In this document: piece after piece, positions 51,191 through 60,464 of the stretch
How positions within the stretch are numbered: the first letter of the stretch is position 1
Layout of the letters: the number at the start of each line of letters is the position of its first letter
Assembly (NCBI GenBank): GCA_963778655.1
Contig: CAVZVA010000009.1
Span: forward strand, 1,376,001-1,440,000
DNA length: 64,000 nt
Reading direction: 5' to 3'
Source of the DNA: an uncultured delta proteobacterium
GTDB lineage: Bacteria; Myxococcota_A; Polyangia; Polyangiales; JAFGIB01
The notes under the pieces: generated by a model
Seen by the model: the letters and a program-made list of their open reading frames with translations, nothing else
Told to the model about the DNA's origin: nothing
Database searches by the model: none
Program-made: the position numbers and the translations under genes

Positions 51191-53143
51191 ATGCCCGAAA
51201 CAGTGCTGAAACGAACACCTCCGTCGGGCGTGCCCGAGACGGCGAGTCACGCCTCGAGCGAAGGGGCAAGCGCACCCTCGCCTTCGCTGTTGGCCCTCGC
51301 CCTGGGTGCGCTGGGCGTGGTCTACGGCGACATTGGCACCTCGCCGCTATACGCGGTGCGCGAGTGCTTCAACTCGGCGGACGGCGTTGCGCCGACGCCG
51401 GCCAACGTGATCGGGATCCTCTCGCTCATCACCTGGTCGCTGACCCTGGTGGTGTCGATCAAGTACCTGCTGATGGTCATGGAGGCGGATAACGAGGGCG
51501 AGGGCGGGATCCTCGCGTTGCTCGCGCTGGTGTCCAAGCCGGCGGGCCAATCCGAGCCGAGCTCCGTGCGCCGGGCGCTGGTGCTGGCTGGCCTGTTTGG
51601 CGCGGCGCTGCTCTATGGTGACTCGGTGATCACGCCCGCGATTTCGGTCCTGGGCGCGGTCGAGGGGCTAGAGGTGGCGACTCCGGTGCTCGAGCCATGG
51701 CTGGTGCCGCTGGCAGTGGCGATCCTCACCGGTCTGTTCATGTTCCAGAAGCGGGGCACCGCCGGCGTGGCCCGGATCTTCGGACCGGCGATGCTGATCT
51801 GGTTCAGCGCGCTGATCGTGATGGGCGTGCCGGCGATCTTCCACGAGCCGAGCGTGCTCAGGGCGCTCAACCCGCTGTACGCCATCGAGTTCATGCTGCG
51901 GCACGGCCATCACGGCTTCTTGCTGCTCGGCGCGGTGGTGCTGTGCATCACGGGGGCCGAGGCGGTCTACGCGGACATGGGGCACTTCGGCAAGCGGCCG
52001 ATCCGTCTGGCGTGGTTCGCGCTCGCGTTTCCGGCCCTGCTGGTGAACTACTTCGGCCAGGGCGCGCTGTTGCTCTCGCGTGGCCGCGCAGTGGTCGCCA
52101 ATCCGTTCTACGCGTTGGCTCCGGGCTGGACCGTGTATCCGGTGGTCGTGATCGCCACGGTCGCGGCCGTGGTCGCCTCGCAAGCGTTGATCTCGGGCGC
52201 ATTCTCGCTGACCAATCAAGCGGTGCAGCTGGGCTACTGCCCGCGGCTGAAGGTGGTCCACACTTCCGGCCATCACGAGGGTCAGATCTACGTGCCGGAG
52301 GTCAACGCCTGGCTGGCGCTGGCCTGCGTGGCGCTGGTGCTGGCGTTTCGCGGCTCGTCGGCGCTGGCCGCCGCTTACGGCATCGCGGTGACCGGCACCA
52401 TGTCGGTGACCTCGGTGTTGTTCTTTTCGGTGATGCGCCCGCGCTGGGGGCTGCCGCTGGGGATCTCGGTGCTGGCGCTATTCCTCACCGTCGACCTGTC
52501 GTTCTTCGGCGCCAACATGGTCAAGATCGAGAGCGGAGGGTGGCTACCGCTGGCGGTCGGCGTGATGCTGTTCGTGGTGTTCAGCACCTGGAAGCGCGGG
52601 CGCCGCATCCTGGGGGACAGGCTGCGCGCGTCCGCGCTGCCGATCGCGCCGTTCATCGCGGACCTGGCGAGCCACCCGCTGGTGCGGGTGCCCGGAACTG
52701 CCGTGTTCATGACCTCCAATCCCGAGAGCGTGCCGCCGGCGCTGCTGCACCACCTGAAGCACAACAAGTCGCTGCACGAGCGCGTGCTGCTGCTCTCGAT
52801 CATCACCGAGCACGTGCCAATCCTGCGCCGGCGCGACCGCGTCGCCTGCCGCGAGCTCGGCCAGGGCATGTACCACGTGGTCGCCCACTACGGATTCATG
52901 CAGTCGCCGCGGGTGCCCGACGTGCTGCGCCAGGTACGGCGGATCGCGGGCATCGACATCGAGCTCAACGACACCAGCTTCTTTCTCGGGCGCGAGACCC
53001 TGCTCGCCACCGGACGCTCGGGGATGTGGCGCTGGCGCTCGGCGCTGTTCGCCTTCCTCTCGCGCAATGCCCACACCGCGACCGAGTTCTTCGGCCTGCC
53101 GCCCGGGCGGGTGGTGGAGCTCGGGATGCAGATCGAGGTGTGA
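51191..53143 (+). CDS. kup: Potassium uptake transporter
   Basis: GVVYGDIGTSPLY, DN.GEGG, ADMGHFG, GQIYVP, VVELG.Q. Confidence 0.95.
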   Translation: MPETVLKRTPPSGVPETASHASSEGASAPSPSLLALALGALGVVYGDIGTSPLYAVRECFNSADGVAPTPANVIGILSLITWSLTLVVSIKYLLMVMEADNEGEGGILALLALVSKPAGQSEPSSVRRALVLAGLFGAALLYGDSVITPAISVLGAVEGLEVATPVLEPWLVPLAVAILTGLFMFQKRGTAGVARIFGPAMLIWFSALIVMGVPAIFHEPSVLRALNPLYAIEFMLRHGHHGFLLLGAVVLCITGAEAVYADMGHFGKRPIRLAWFALAFPALLVNYFGQGALLLSRGRAVVANPFYALAPGWTVYPVVVIATVAAVVASQALISGAFSLTNQAVQLGYCPRLKVVHTSGHHEGQIYVPEVNAWLALACVALVLAFRGSSALAAAYGIAVTGTMSVTSVLFFSVMRPRWGLPLGISVLALFLTVDLSFFGANMVKIESGGWLPLAVGVMLFVVFSTWKRGRRILGDRLRASALPIAPFIADLASHPLVRVPGTAVFMTSNPESVPPALLHHLKHNKSLHERVLLLSIITEHVPILRRRDRVACRELGQGMYHVVAHYGFMQSPRVPDVLRQVRRIAGIDIELNDTSFFLGRETLLATGRSGMWRWRSALFAFLSRNAHTATEFFGLPPGRVVELGMQIEV

Positions 53144-53153
53144 TCGGGTGCTC

Positions 53154-53188
53154 GAAGGCGGGAACGGAGCTCCGCAGCTCTTCCCTTC
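53154..53188. terminator. Hairpin between convergent kup and yhhQ (also carries the GAAGGCGGGAA repeat motif)
   Basis: GGGAA-CG-GAGCT-CCGC-AGCTC-TTCCC followed by a pyrimidine run. Confidence 0.45.
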
Positions 53189-53212
53189 TTCCGGTGATCC
53201 GGACAACCGCGC

Positions 53213-53950
53213 TCAGCGCTGGCGGCGGTCGGCGCTGACCGAGAGCGCGAACGGCGTGAAGTTGGTGTCGCGGTCGTAGAAGTCCTCGCGCTCGGCGCGC
53301 TTGAGGGCGGAGACCACTCGATAGGTGATCGGCGTCGCCACCACCTCCCACGAGACCTTGAGCACGTAGTTGGCGAGCATCACCTTGAGCAGCAGGTCAT
53401 TCGACCAGGTGCCGAAGAACGCCAGCGGATAGAACACCGTCGTGTCGCAGGCCTCGCCCACGATGGTCGAGCCGATGGTGCGGGTCCACAGGAAGCGGCC
53501 CTGGGTCCAGATCTTCATCTTGGCCAGGGTGAACGAGTTGGTGAACTCACCGCAGAAGTACCCGACCAGCGAGGCCAGCGCGATGCGCCAGGTGGAGCCG
53601 AAGGCCTGCTCGATCACGGCCTGCCCAGTCCAGCCGTCGGCCGGGGGCAGGTGCACGACCACCGCGCTCATCACGGACGCGAACAGCAGCGCGCCGAAAC
53701 CGGCCCACACCACGCGCCGCGAGCGCGCGTAGCCGTACACTTCGGTCAGGATGTCGCCGAACAGGTAGCTGAGGGGAAAGAACAGGTTGCCCGCGCCAAA
53801 GGCAGTGGGCCGCCCGAACAGCGAGACCTGGGCGACCTTGCTCACGCCGATCAGGTTCGCGCACAAGAGCACGCACACGAACGACGCCATGATCAGGTCG
53901 TAGTAGCGGTAGGTGCGTGGTGCGGCGGCGGCCACGGCGGGCGTGCTCAT
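53213..53950 (-). CDS. yhhQ: Queuosine precursor transporter (VUT family)
   Basis: FP.SYLFGDILTEVYGY..SRRVVW.GF, WRIALASL, LWTRTIGST.VG. Confidence 0.9.
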   Translation of the reverse strand: MSTPAVAAAAPRTYRYYDLIMASFVCVLLCANLIGVSKVAQVSLFGRPTAFGAGNLFFPLSYLFGDILTEVYGYARSRRVVWAGFGALLFASVMSAVVVHLPPADGWTGQAVIEQAFGSTWRIALASLVGYFCGEFTNSFTLAKMKIWTQGRFLWTRTIGSTIVGEACDTTVFYPLAFFGTWSNDLLLKVMLANYVLKVSWEVVATPITYRVVSALKRAEREDFYDRDTNFTPFALSVSADRRQR

Positions 53951-54024
53951 GACCGCGCAGTCTACAGCAAAACCCCAGCGTCGCCCCGCTCGCTCGCGTG
54001 CAGGCGCTGCGCACGCCGGAGCAA

Positions 54025-54114
54025 ACAGGAAGGTGGGAAGCTCAAACGAATGTTCAGAGAGCCGCGTTCGCGCCTCGACCAAACGCTCTGCCTTCCCGTC
54101 ATCCCGCCTTCCTG
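54025..54114. repeat. ~90-bp element with CAGGAAGGYGGGA terminal inverted repeats (dispersed family)
   Basis: Left arm ACAGGAAGGTGGGAAG, right arm TCCCGCCTTCCTG. Related arms occur at 8263-8278, 21834-21849, 53154-53164 and, reversed, 60450-60474. Confidence 0.6.
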
Positions 54115-54136
54115 CTTCCCTCTCGCGGCGCCGGCC

Positions 54137-54499
54137 CTACATGCGCGGGGTGAAGTCGACCTTGCAGATGCGGTTGTCTTCGGTGAACGAGAACTTCATC
54201 TCCAGGCCCTTGATCGGTACCGGCAGCGGCAGCCCGGCAGGCAGGTCGGCGCTGGTGGTCACCATCCCGTCGGCCTCGACCGGCGTGCTCCACACCAGGC
54301 TGGACTGCATCTGGGCCATCGGACCGCTGCCGCCTTTGCGCATGCGGGACATGATCTTCTCTTTGCCCTGGGTGTTGCCCATCGGGCTGGCCATGACGAT
54401 GTCGTCTGCGATCAGCGCGTCGATCGCGTCGAGCTTGGCGTCCTCGCGGGAGCGCTGCGCCTCGAGATAGAGGGTGACGATTTCGGTTCGGCTGGGCAT
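54137..54499 (-). CDS. SnoaL/NTF2-like small protein
   Basis: DAIDALIADD.V...P....G.E pattern; C-terminal F.F.ED..I. Confidence 0.7.
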   Translation of the reverse strand: MPSRTEIVTLYLEAQRSREDAKLDAIDALIADDIVMASPMGNTQGKEKIMSRMRKGGSGPMAQMQSSLVWSTPVEADGMVTTSADLPAGLPLPVPIKGLEMKFSFTEDNRICKVDFTPRM

Positions 54500-54617
54500 G
54501 GCTCGCTCCTTGTGGGTGGAGCGGACTCTAGCAGCCCCTTTGAAGAAGCCTCAAGGCGAGCACGAGCGAACCCGGACCCCCGTGTTTTCCCCTTGCGATC
54601 CGAGGGGTTCCAACGGG

Positions 54618-54641
54618 CGGGAGGGTCGCGTGACCCTCCCG
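54618..54641. repeat. REP-like palindrome, copy 2
   Basis: CGGGAGGGTCGCGTGACCCTCCCG, near-identical to 2611-2636. Confidence 0.6.
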
Positions 54642-54646
54642 ATATC

Positions 54647-57600
54647 CTAGCACGGCAGGTCGATGGTCTCGCCGGCGTCGATCTGGCGCAGCGCGCCTTC
54701 CGCGTCCTCGATGTAGTTGCGGTGGCCGTGTTGCGCCGCCAGGTTCAGCACCTCGCGCAGCCGCGCGCGCGCGTCCTCGGCGTCGTCCCGCTTCTGCTCG
54801 ATCACCGCCAGGAAGAATTTGCCCTGAATCACGTCCCACACGAAGTCGTGCTTTTCCGCGTACTCGATCGCCTGCAGCACGCGCGCCCTTCCCTCGCTCG
54901 AGCCGAAGCGAGTCGCGTCGATGAAGCCGAGCGCGCGGATGTTCGACATCTGCAAGCGCACGTAGCCGTTTTCGACCGCCACCTCGTAGCTGCTGCGCAG
55001 CGCCGCGAACGCGCGCCGGTGATCGCCCAAGCGCAGGAAGGCCTCGCCCATGTTGTGCGCGTTGAGCGCCGCCTCGTGCTGCAGGCCCGCCTCGCGCGCA
55101 AGCTCCAGCGCCTTGGCCGCGGCCCTGGCCGAAGCTTCTTGATCGCGCGCGTGGTAGTGGATCTGCGACTCCAGCCGGTATAGCTGGCTCGAGGTCGCCG
55201 GGTCGCCGCGCTCCTCGCCCAGTCGCTTGACCTGCTCCAGCGTCGAGAGCGCCGAGTGCCGGTCGCCCATGCGCGCGTAGGTCAGCGCCAGCAGGGTCAA
55301 GCAGCGCAGCTCGGAGGCCCGATCGCCCGCCTCACGCGAGAGCTGCAGCGCCTCGCGCAGGAAGCCGACCGCCTTTTCGAACTCGCCGCCGCGCGCGTCG
55401 GCGTCGGCCGTGGCCAGGAACACGTCGCGCGACAGCTCCCAGTCGGTCAGTCCGCGCGCGACGTGCTGCGCCTGATCGAGCCAGCGTCGCCCCTCCTCGA
55501 TGCGCGACGCGCCCACCAGCATGCGCCCGCGCCACATGCAGAAACGGGCGGCATGGGTCTGCGAGCGCGCGCTCTCGGCCGCCTTGAGCGCGCGCTCCAT
55601 CAGCTCCGTGCCCTCGGCGAGCTGGCGGTTGCGGAAGCACAGCTCGGCCAGGCGCTCGTACTGGTCCAGCATCAGCACGCGGTGCTTGGGGTCGGCCGTG
55701 GCCAGGAAGTCCACCGCGCGCCGCAGCTCGAGGATCGCGCCCTCGAGCGCGCCTTCGTCTTCGAGCCGATCCGCGGCGCGCAGCAGGTACCCGACCGCGT
55801 GGTCGTCGTCGCCCGCTTCCTGATAGTGCCGCGCCAGGCGTTCGGCCATCTCGTCGATGCGGTCGGGGTGGAGACGCACGATCGCATCGGCGATCGCGGC
55901 GTGGATCTCCTTGCGTGCCTGCAGGGTCACGCTCTCCACCAGCACTTGCTGCACCAGACCGTGTGAGAACATGTGCTCGCTGGGGCCGCGCGCGGCGACG
56001 ATACCCCGCATCTCCTTGGACTGCAGTGCCTCGGTCACCGTACGGATGTCCTCCTGGGAGGCCGCCGCGACGATGTCCGCCTGGAAGCGCTCGCCGACCA
56101 TCGAAGCGACCTGCAGCAAGTAGCGCTGGGTCGGGTCGAGCTTGGCGATGCGCGAGGCGATGATGCCGCGCAAGGTCTTGGGCACGTCCATGCCGGCGGC
56201 GCGCCGGTCGTAGCGGACCTGCCCCTCGTCGAAGGTGATCGCGCCGGTCGCTTGCAGCGCCTTGAGGTATTCCTCGACGTAAAGCGGATTGCCGCCGCTC
56301 TTGGTCGTCACCTCGCGCAACAGCTCGAACGGCATCTCGTCGGCCCCCAGGCGCGTGGCCACCAGACGCGCGACGTCCTCGTCGCTCATCGGCGCCAGCC
56401 GCACCTCGGTGAAGTTGTCCGTGTTGGCCCAGCGCGGCGCGTGGCCCGGGCGGTAGCACAGGAACACGCCGATGCGGGCCTGCGACACGCCGCGCAGCAT
56501 GTCCTCCACGATCGACAGCGAGTCCACGTCCATGTGTTCGGCGCCGTCGAAGGCGAAGATCGTGAGCTGATCTTCGGCCAGCTTGCGCACGATGCGCAGC
56601 AACGCGGCCTTCAGCGGGCGGTGGCCGGTGCGGCGCGGCGCATCGCGCTGCAACCCGAGCGCGGCCGCGACCGCGCTTTGCTCCACCGAGAGCAGCCCGA
56701 GCTCGCGCAGGCGCGTGGTGCGGCCGCGGACCAGCGCCTCGGGGTCGAATTCGTCGACGCCCAACACGCTGCGCAGCATCTCCTGGATGGCCGACAGCGG
56801 CGACTCCCGCATCTGTGGCGTCAGCGTCGCGACGTGCAGGCCCACGCTGTGCCCGGCCAGGCCCAGGCGCCGCATGGTCTCCGCCAGCAAACGCGACTTG
56901 CCCGCGCCGGCTTCGCCGTGCAGCCCGATCACCTGCAGCGCGCCCTGGTGGGCGCGCCCCAGCGCCTCGCCCACCTTGCGCAGCTCGGCGCGCCGACCGA
57001 CGAAGCGGCCGGGCGCGTCCGCCATGCCGCGCTCGCTGGCGAGCAGGTGGGCGTCCTCGACCTGGCGTCCCGCCGCCACCAGCCTGAAGCGGTTACGCAG
57101 TGCCTTCTCGCAGGCGCTGTCGACCAGGATCTGGCCCTCGCCGGTGGCGCTGGCGAACTCGAGCGTGCGCGCCAGCAGCTTGGAGTAGCTGTCGTCCCGC
57201 AGCAGCGTGCCGCCGAGATCGATCAGCACGCGGCCGGAGCACAGCGCGATCGCCGCGCTGGTGGTCGTGCCGGCCTCGGCTGCCGCGGCGCTGGCCGAGC
57301 GCGCCAGCTTGAGCGCACAGCGCGCGGCGTTGTCCGCGTCCCTGCCGTCGGGGTCGAGCTCGCCGAACAGCGCGAGCAGCACGCGTTTTCCATCCGCCGC
57401 CTCGGGCAGCATGTCCTTGGCCACCACGCTGCCGCCGAAGCGCTCGACCACGTGCGCGATGGTCTGGTCGTGAATCGCGTCGCCCGGCTCCAGCCGCACC
57501 GCCAGCACCGTGACATCCCGCCACTCGGTGCGCTCGCGCGGGGTGGCCGCGCTCGGGGTCGAGCTGGGGGTCACCGGCTCCAGCCGCGGGCGGCGGCCGC

Positions 57601-58624
57601 GCTCCACCCGCGTGCGTTCCGGCATCGGCTCGTCGAACGCCGTCACCTCGAACACGGCCTCCAGGCGCTCGCCGGCGCGGCCGGTGTCGTCGGTGCTGCT
57701 GCGCAGCGCGGCCAAGTGGTCAATCAGGTCGCGCGCGCTCACGCGGCGTCCCGCGGTGTAGAGGTGCTGGATCAGGTCCTCGTACAGCTCGCCCGCGCTC
57801 TGGTAGCGCTCCTCGACCTGCGCGGCCATCGCGCGCCGCACGATGCGGCCGATCTCCTCGGGCAAGTCCGGTAGCAGCTCCTCGATCGGGGTGACGGCGC
57901 CTTTGCGGATGCGCTGCAGCGTGTCGTAGCTGGACGCGGCCTGGAACGGGTTCTGCCCGCACAGCACCTCGTAGAGCAATGTGCCGGCGCTGAAGATGTC
58001 GGTGCGCGCGTCGAGCTTCTGGCCCACCAGCTGCTCCGGGGACATGTAGGCGTACTTGCCCTTGATCACGCCCACTTCGGTCACGGCCTGGGCCACGCTG
58101 CGCGCCTTGGCGATGCCGAAGTCGGTCAGCTTCACCTCGCCCTCGAAGCTGAGCAGCACGTTCTGCGGCGAGACGTCGCGGTGCACGATGTTGAGCGGCT
58201 GCATCTCGGCGTCGCGGCGGCGGTGCAGATAGTCGAGCCCCTTGGCGAGCTCGCTGATCACGAACACCGCGAGCTCGGGCGAGAGCCTGCGCCTGGCCTG
58301 GTTTGCGCGCTTGAGCATGGCGGCCAAGTCCATGCCGGCCACGTACTCCATGGCGATGAAATAAGTGCCCTCGGCGTGGCCGAGGTCGAACACCTGGACG
58401 ATGTTGGCGTGCGACAGCGTGACCGCAATCTTGGCCTCGTCGATGAACATGGAGACGAAGCGCGGGTTCTGGCTGAGCTCGGGCAGGATGCGCTTGATGA
58501 CCAGGATCTTCTCGAAACCCTCGACGCCGTGGGCCTTGGCCTTGTACACCTCGGCCATGCCGCCGCGAGCGAGTTGCTCGAGTAGCTGGTACTTGCCGTA
58601 GAGCGTCGGAGCGTCGTTGGCCAT
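54647..58624 (-). CDS. Ser/Thr kinase - degenerate class III cyclase - STAND AAA ATPase - TPR protein
   Basis: Kinase HRDVSPQN/DFG; cyclase-like EWRDVTVL...VERFGG...ALFG; FVGR..EL, Walker A GEAGAGKS, SGGNPLYVEE; TPR array. Confidence 0.9.
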   Translation of the reverse strand: MANDAPTLYGKYQLLEQLARGGMAEVYKAKAHGVEGFEKILVIKRILPELSQNPRFVSMFIDEAKIAVTLSHANIVQVFDLGHAEGTYFIAMEYVAGMDLAAMLKRANQARRRLSPELAVFVISELAKGLDYLHRRRDAEMQPLNIVHRDVSPQNVLLSFEGEVKLTDFGIAKARSVAQAVTEVGVIKGKYAYMSPEQLVGQKLDARTDIFSAGTLLYEVLCGQNPFQAASSYDTLQRIRKGAVTPIEELLPDLPEEIGRIVRRAMAAQVEERYQSAGELYEDLIQHLYTAGRRVSARDLIDHLAALRSSTDDTGRAGERLEAVFEVTAFDEPMPERTRVERGRRPRLEPVTPSSTPSAATPRERTEWRDVTVLAVRLEPGDAIHDQTIAHVVERFGGSVVAKDMLPEAADGKRVLLALFGELDPDGRDADNAARCALKLARSASAAAAEAGTTTSAAIALCSGRVLIDLGGTLLRDDSYSKLLARTLEFASATGEGQILVDSACEKALRNRFRLVAAGRQVEDAHLLASERGMADAPGRFVGRRAELRKVGEALGRAHQGALQVIGLHGEAGAGKSRLLAETMRRLGLAGHSVGLHVATLTPQMRESPLSAIQEMLRSVLGVDEFDPEALVRGRTTRLRELGLLSVEQSAVAAALGLQRDAPRRTGHRPLKAALLRIVRKLAEDQLTIFAFDGAEHMDVDSLSIVEDMLRGVSQARIGVFLCYRPGHAPRWANTDNFTEVRLAPMSDEDVARLVATRLGADEMPFELLREVTTKSGGNPLYVEEYLKALQATGAITFDEGQVRYDRRAAGMDVPKTLRGIIASRIAKLDPTQRYLLQVASMVGERFQADIVAAASQEDIRTVTEALQSKEMRGIVAARGPSEHMFSHGLVQQVLVESVTLQARKEIHAAIADAIVRLHPDRIDEMAERLARHYQEAGDDDHAVGYLLRAADRLEDEGALEGAILELRRAVDFLATADPKHRVLMLDQYERLAELCFRNRQLAEGTELMERALKAAESARSQTHAARFCMWRGRMLVGASRIEEGRRWLDQAQHVARGLTDWELSRDVFLATADADARGGEFEKAVGFLREALQLSREAGDRASELRCLTLLALTYARMGDRHSALSTLEQVKRLGEERGDPATSSQLYRLESQIHYHARDQEASARAAAKALELAREAGLQHEAALNAHNMGEAFLRLGDHRRAFAALRSSYEVAVENGYVRLQMSNIRALGFIDATRFGSSEGRARVLQAIEYAEKHDFVWDVIQGKFFLAVIEQKRDDAEDARARLREVLNLAAQHGHRNYIEDAEGALRQIDAGETIDLPC

Positions 58625-58900
58625 TCAGTACGGCGGCACGAAGTGCGCGTTCGAGGGTATGGTGGCGCGTCGCGACAAAATCGGGCGCGCAACTTGGCGC
58701 GCGCGCAGGTCTGCGTGACTCCGGCCTGGCTCGATCCCTCGCGGTAGCTTGATCTGCTCGACGTTCCTCCCCGTGTAACGCGTCAGTATACGGCCGCTCG
58801 AGGGCGCCGCGCCACGCTTACGAAACGTGTCGGGTGAGCTGAGGCGAGGTATGACAATGCGGGTGCAACGCGCACTCGCGCCGCGGCCGGGCCGGCAGCG

Positions 58901-60391
58901 TCAGTAGGTTCGCAGCTCGAGCGCGTTCACGAGCGCGCCGACGCGCGCGTCGCGGCCCTGACACTGCGCGCCGGCCCATGCGACGTCACGTCCGGCGCCG
59001 ATCAGGATGCGGCGAGTCTTGGGCGCATCGGCTTTGAGCGTGGTTTCGTCGCCCGAGCGGAGCAGCGCGTCCTTGCCCCGCACGCGCACCGCGACCGGCC
59101 GCAGGTAGGACCCACAGTCCGAGAGCGTGCCCACGCAGTCGACCGGCGTGACCGCCTGCAGCGCGCCGTCGCCGAAGCTCTGCGCGTCGTTCCAGATCAC
59201 CAGCTGCAGCTTCGCGACCGCAGCGTCGAAACGCGTGATGCGCACGCTGCGGTCCCCGTCCGCTCCCAGTTCCTGGGTCACGGCCAGCCGTTCCCCCGTC
59301 TTGAACGGAAAGGCCCAGTCCGGCACGCACAGCCGCGCGGTGTCGACGCCGCCGTCGCCCTCCCCCGTCAGCCAGTCGCTCTCCAAGCAGCCGTCCGGGT
59401 CGCGGCGGATCTCGGACAGCTGCAGGAAGCCCTGGGCGTCGGCGAAGGCGGTCGCCTCGAGCGAGTACGCAGGCTGGTCCTCCGCGCAGGTGGAGTCAGG
59501 CGCCGTGCCACCCGGCTCGAAGCTCTTCAGATCGCTGCCGAGCGCGAGCTTGAAGCGGCCCGTCTTGCCGTTGACGACCACGCGCCGGGCCTTGCGCTGC
59601 GTGTCATCCGCGCCCACGAAATCGGCGATCTGGTCCAGGCCGCGCCAGAGCACGTAGTGTTGCTCGCCGTCGGGCAGCGCGATCGACGCGGCACCGCAGG
59701 GCGTGGTCTCCGGGTCGAGCGGGAGGGCCACGCGTGCGCCCGCGTCGAGCGTGACTTCACGGGTCGCGCTGAACGCGTCCGCGGTGAGCAGCGCGCTGCG
59801 GTCGTCACGGTAGAGGCTGCAGCCGCCGGCGCCCTCGGTGGAGGACAGCACCAGCGAGAGCGCGTCGCCGGTGTCGTTCTCGAGGTCGGGCGCGTCCTTG
59901 CGTCCGCTGTCGCCGTTGTGCGTCCCGGCGGTGGCCAAACAGGCGGCGGCCCCGAGCGCGACCGCGCCGCGTGCCGGCCACGGGCTGCCGGCGCGCGCGG
60001 GCACGGGCCGGGACAGCCAGGCCCCGAGCGGAAGCGCCAGCAGCGCCCACAGATCGCTCGGATCGATCCAGATGCGCGAGGGAAGGCCGAGCAAGCCCAA
60101 CCCGTGCTCCGCGGCGTGCGCGAGCTGGGGCGTCAGCTTGATCAGCGCAAAGCCGCCGCCCACCAGGGCCGCCGCCGCCATGCGCCCCCAGGGCCGGCGC
60201 GCGCGCAGCAGCGCGACCAGCAGCGGCGGTGCGACCAGCATGCCGGCCAGGTCGCTGAGCTTGCCGGTGAGCGCTCCGGGCAGCAGGCCCGAGCCCTTGA
60301 GCACGTGATCGTTGAGCAGCAGCAACAGCAGCGCCGCCCACCACAGCGGGTGGGTGAACGCGCGCACGCGTTCGCCGGTCACGGCGGTCAT
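58901..60391 (-). CDS. Hypothetical protein: N-terminal multi-TM module plus Cys-containing extracellular domain
   Basis: HP..W.AL.LLLLNDH.LK...TGKLSD.AG...DPSDL.AL module, then AAACLATA and a soluble domain. Confidence 0.7.
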   Translation of the reverse strand: MTAVTGERVRAFTHPLWWAALLLLLLNDHVLKGSGLLPGALTGKLSDLAGMLVAPPLLVALLRARRPWGRMAAAALVGGGFALIKLTPQLAHAAEHGLGLLGLPSRIWIDPSDLWALLALPLGAWLSRPVPARAGSPWPARGAVALGAAACLATAGTHNGDSGRKDAPDLENDTGDALSLVLSSTEGAGGCSLYRDDRSALLTADAFSATREVTLDAGARVALPLDPETTPCGAASIALPDGEQHYVLWRGLDQIADFVGADDTQRKARRVVVNGKTGRFKLALGSDLKSFEPGGTAPDSTCAEDQPAYSLEATAFADAQGFLQLSEIRRDPDGCLESDWLTGEGDGGVDTARLCVPDWAFPFKTGERLAVTQELGADGDRSVRITRFDAAVAKLQLVIWNDAQSFGDGALQAVTPVDCVGTLSDCGSYLRPVAVRVRGKDALLRSGDETTLKADAPKTRRILIGAGRDVAWAGAQCQGRDARVGALVNALELRTY

Positions 60392-60464
60392 GCTGGACCC
60401 GGGCGCTCGTGGGGCGTGCCGCATCGAGATGATCGCCCGATCGTCAGGGCTTCCCGCCTTCCCG

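Noticed and set aside
53951..54136. preQ1 riboswitch upstream of yhhQ
   Set aside because: No recognisable preQ1 aptamer or A-rich tail; the interval is occupied by the inverted-repeat element.
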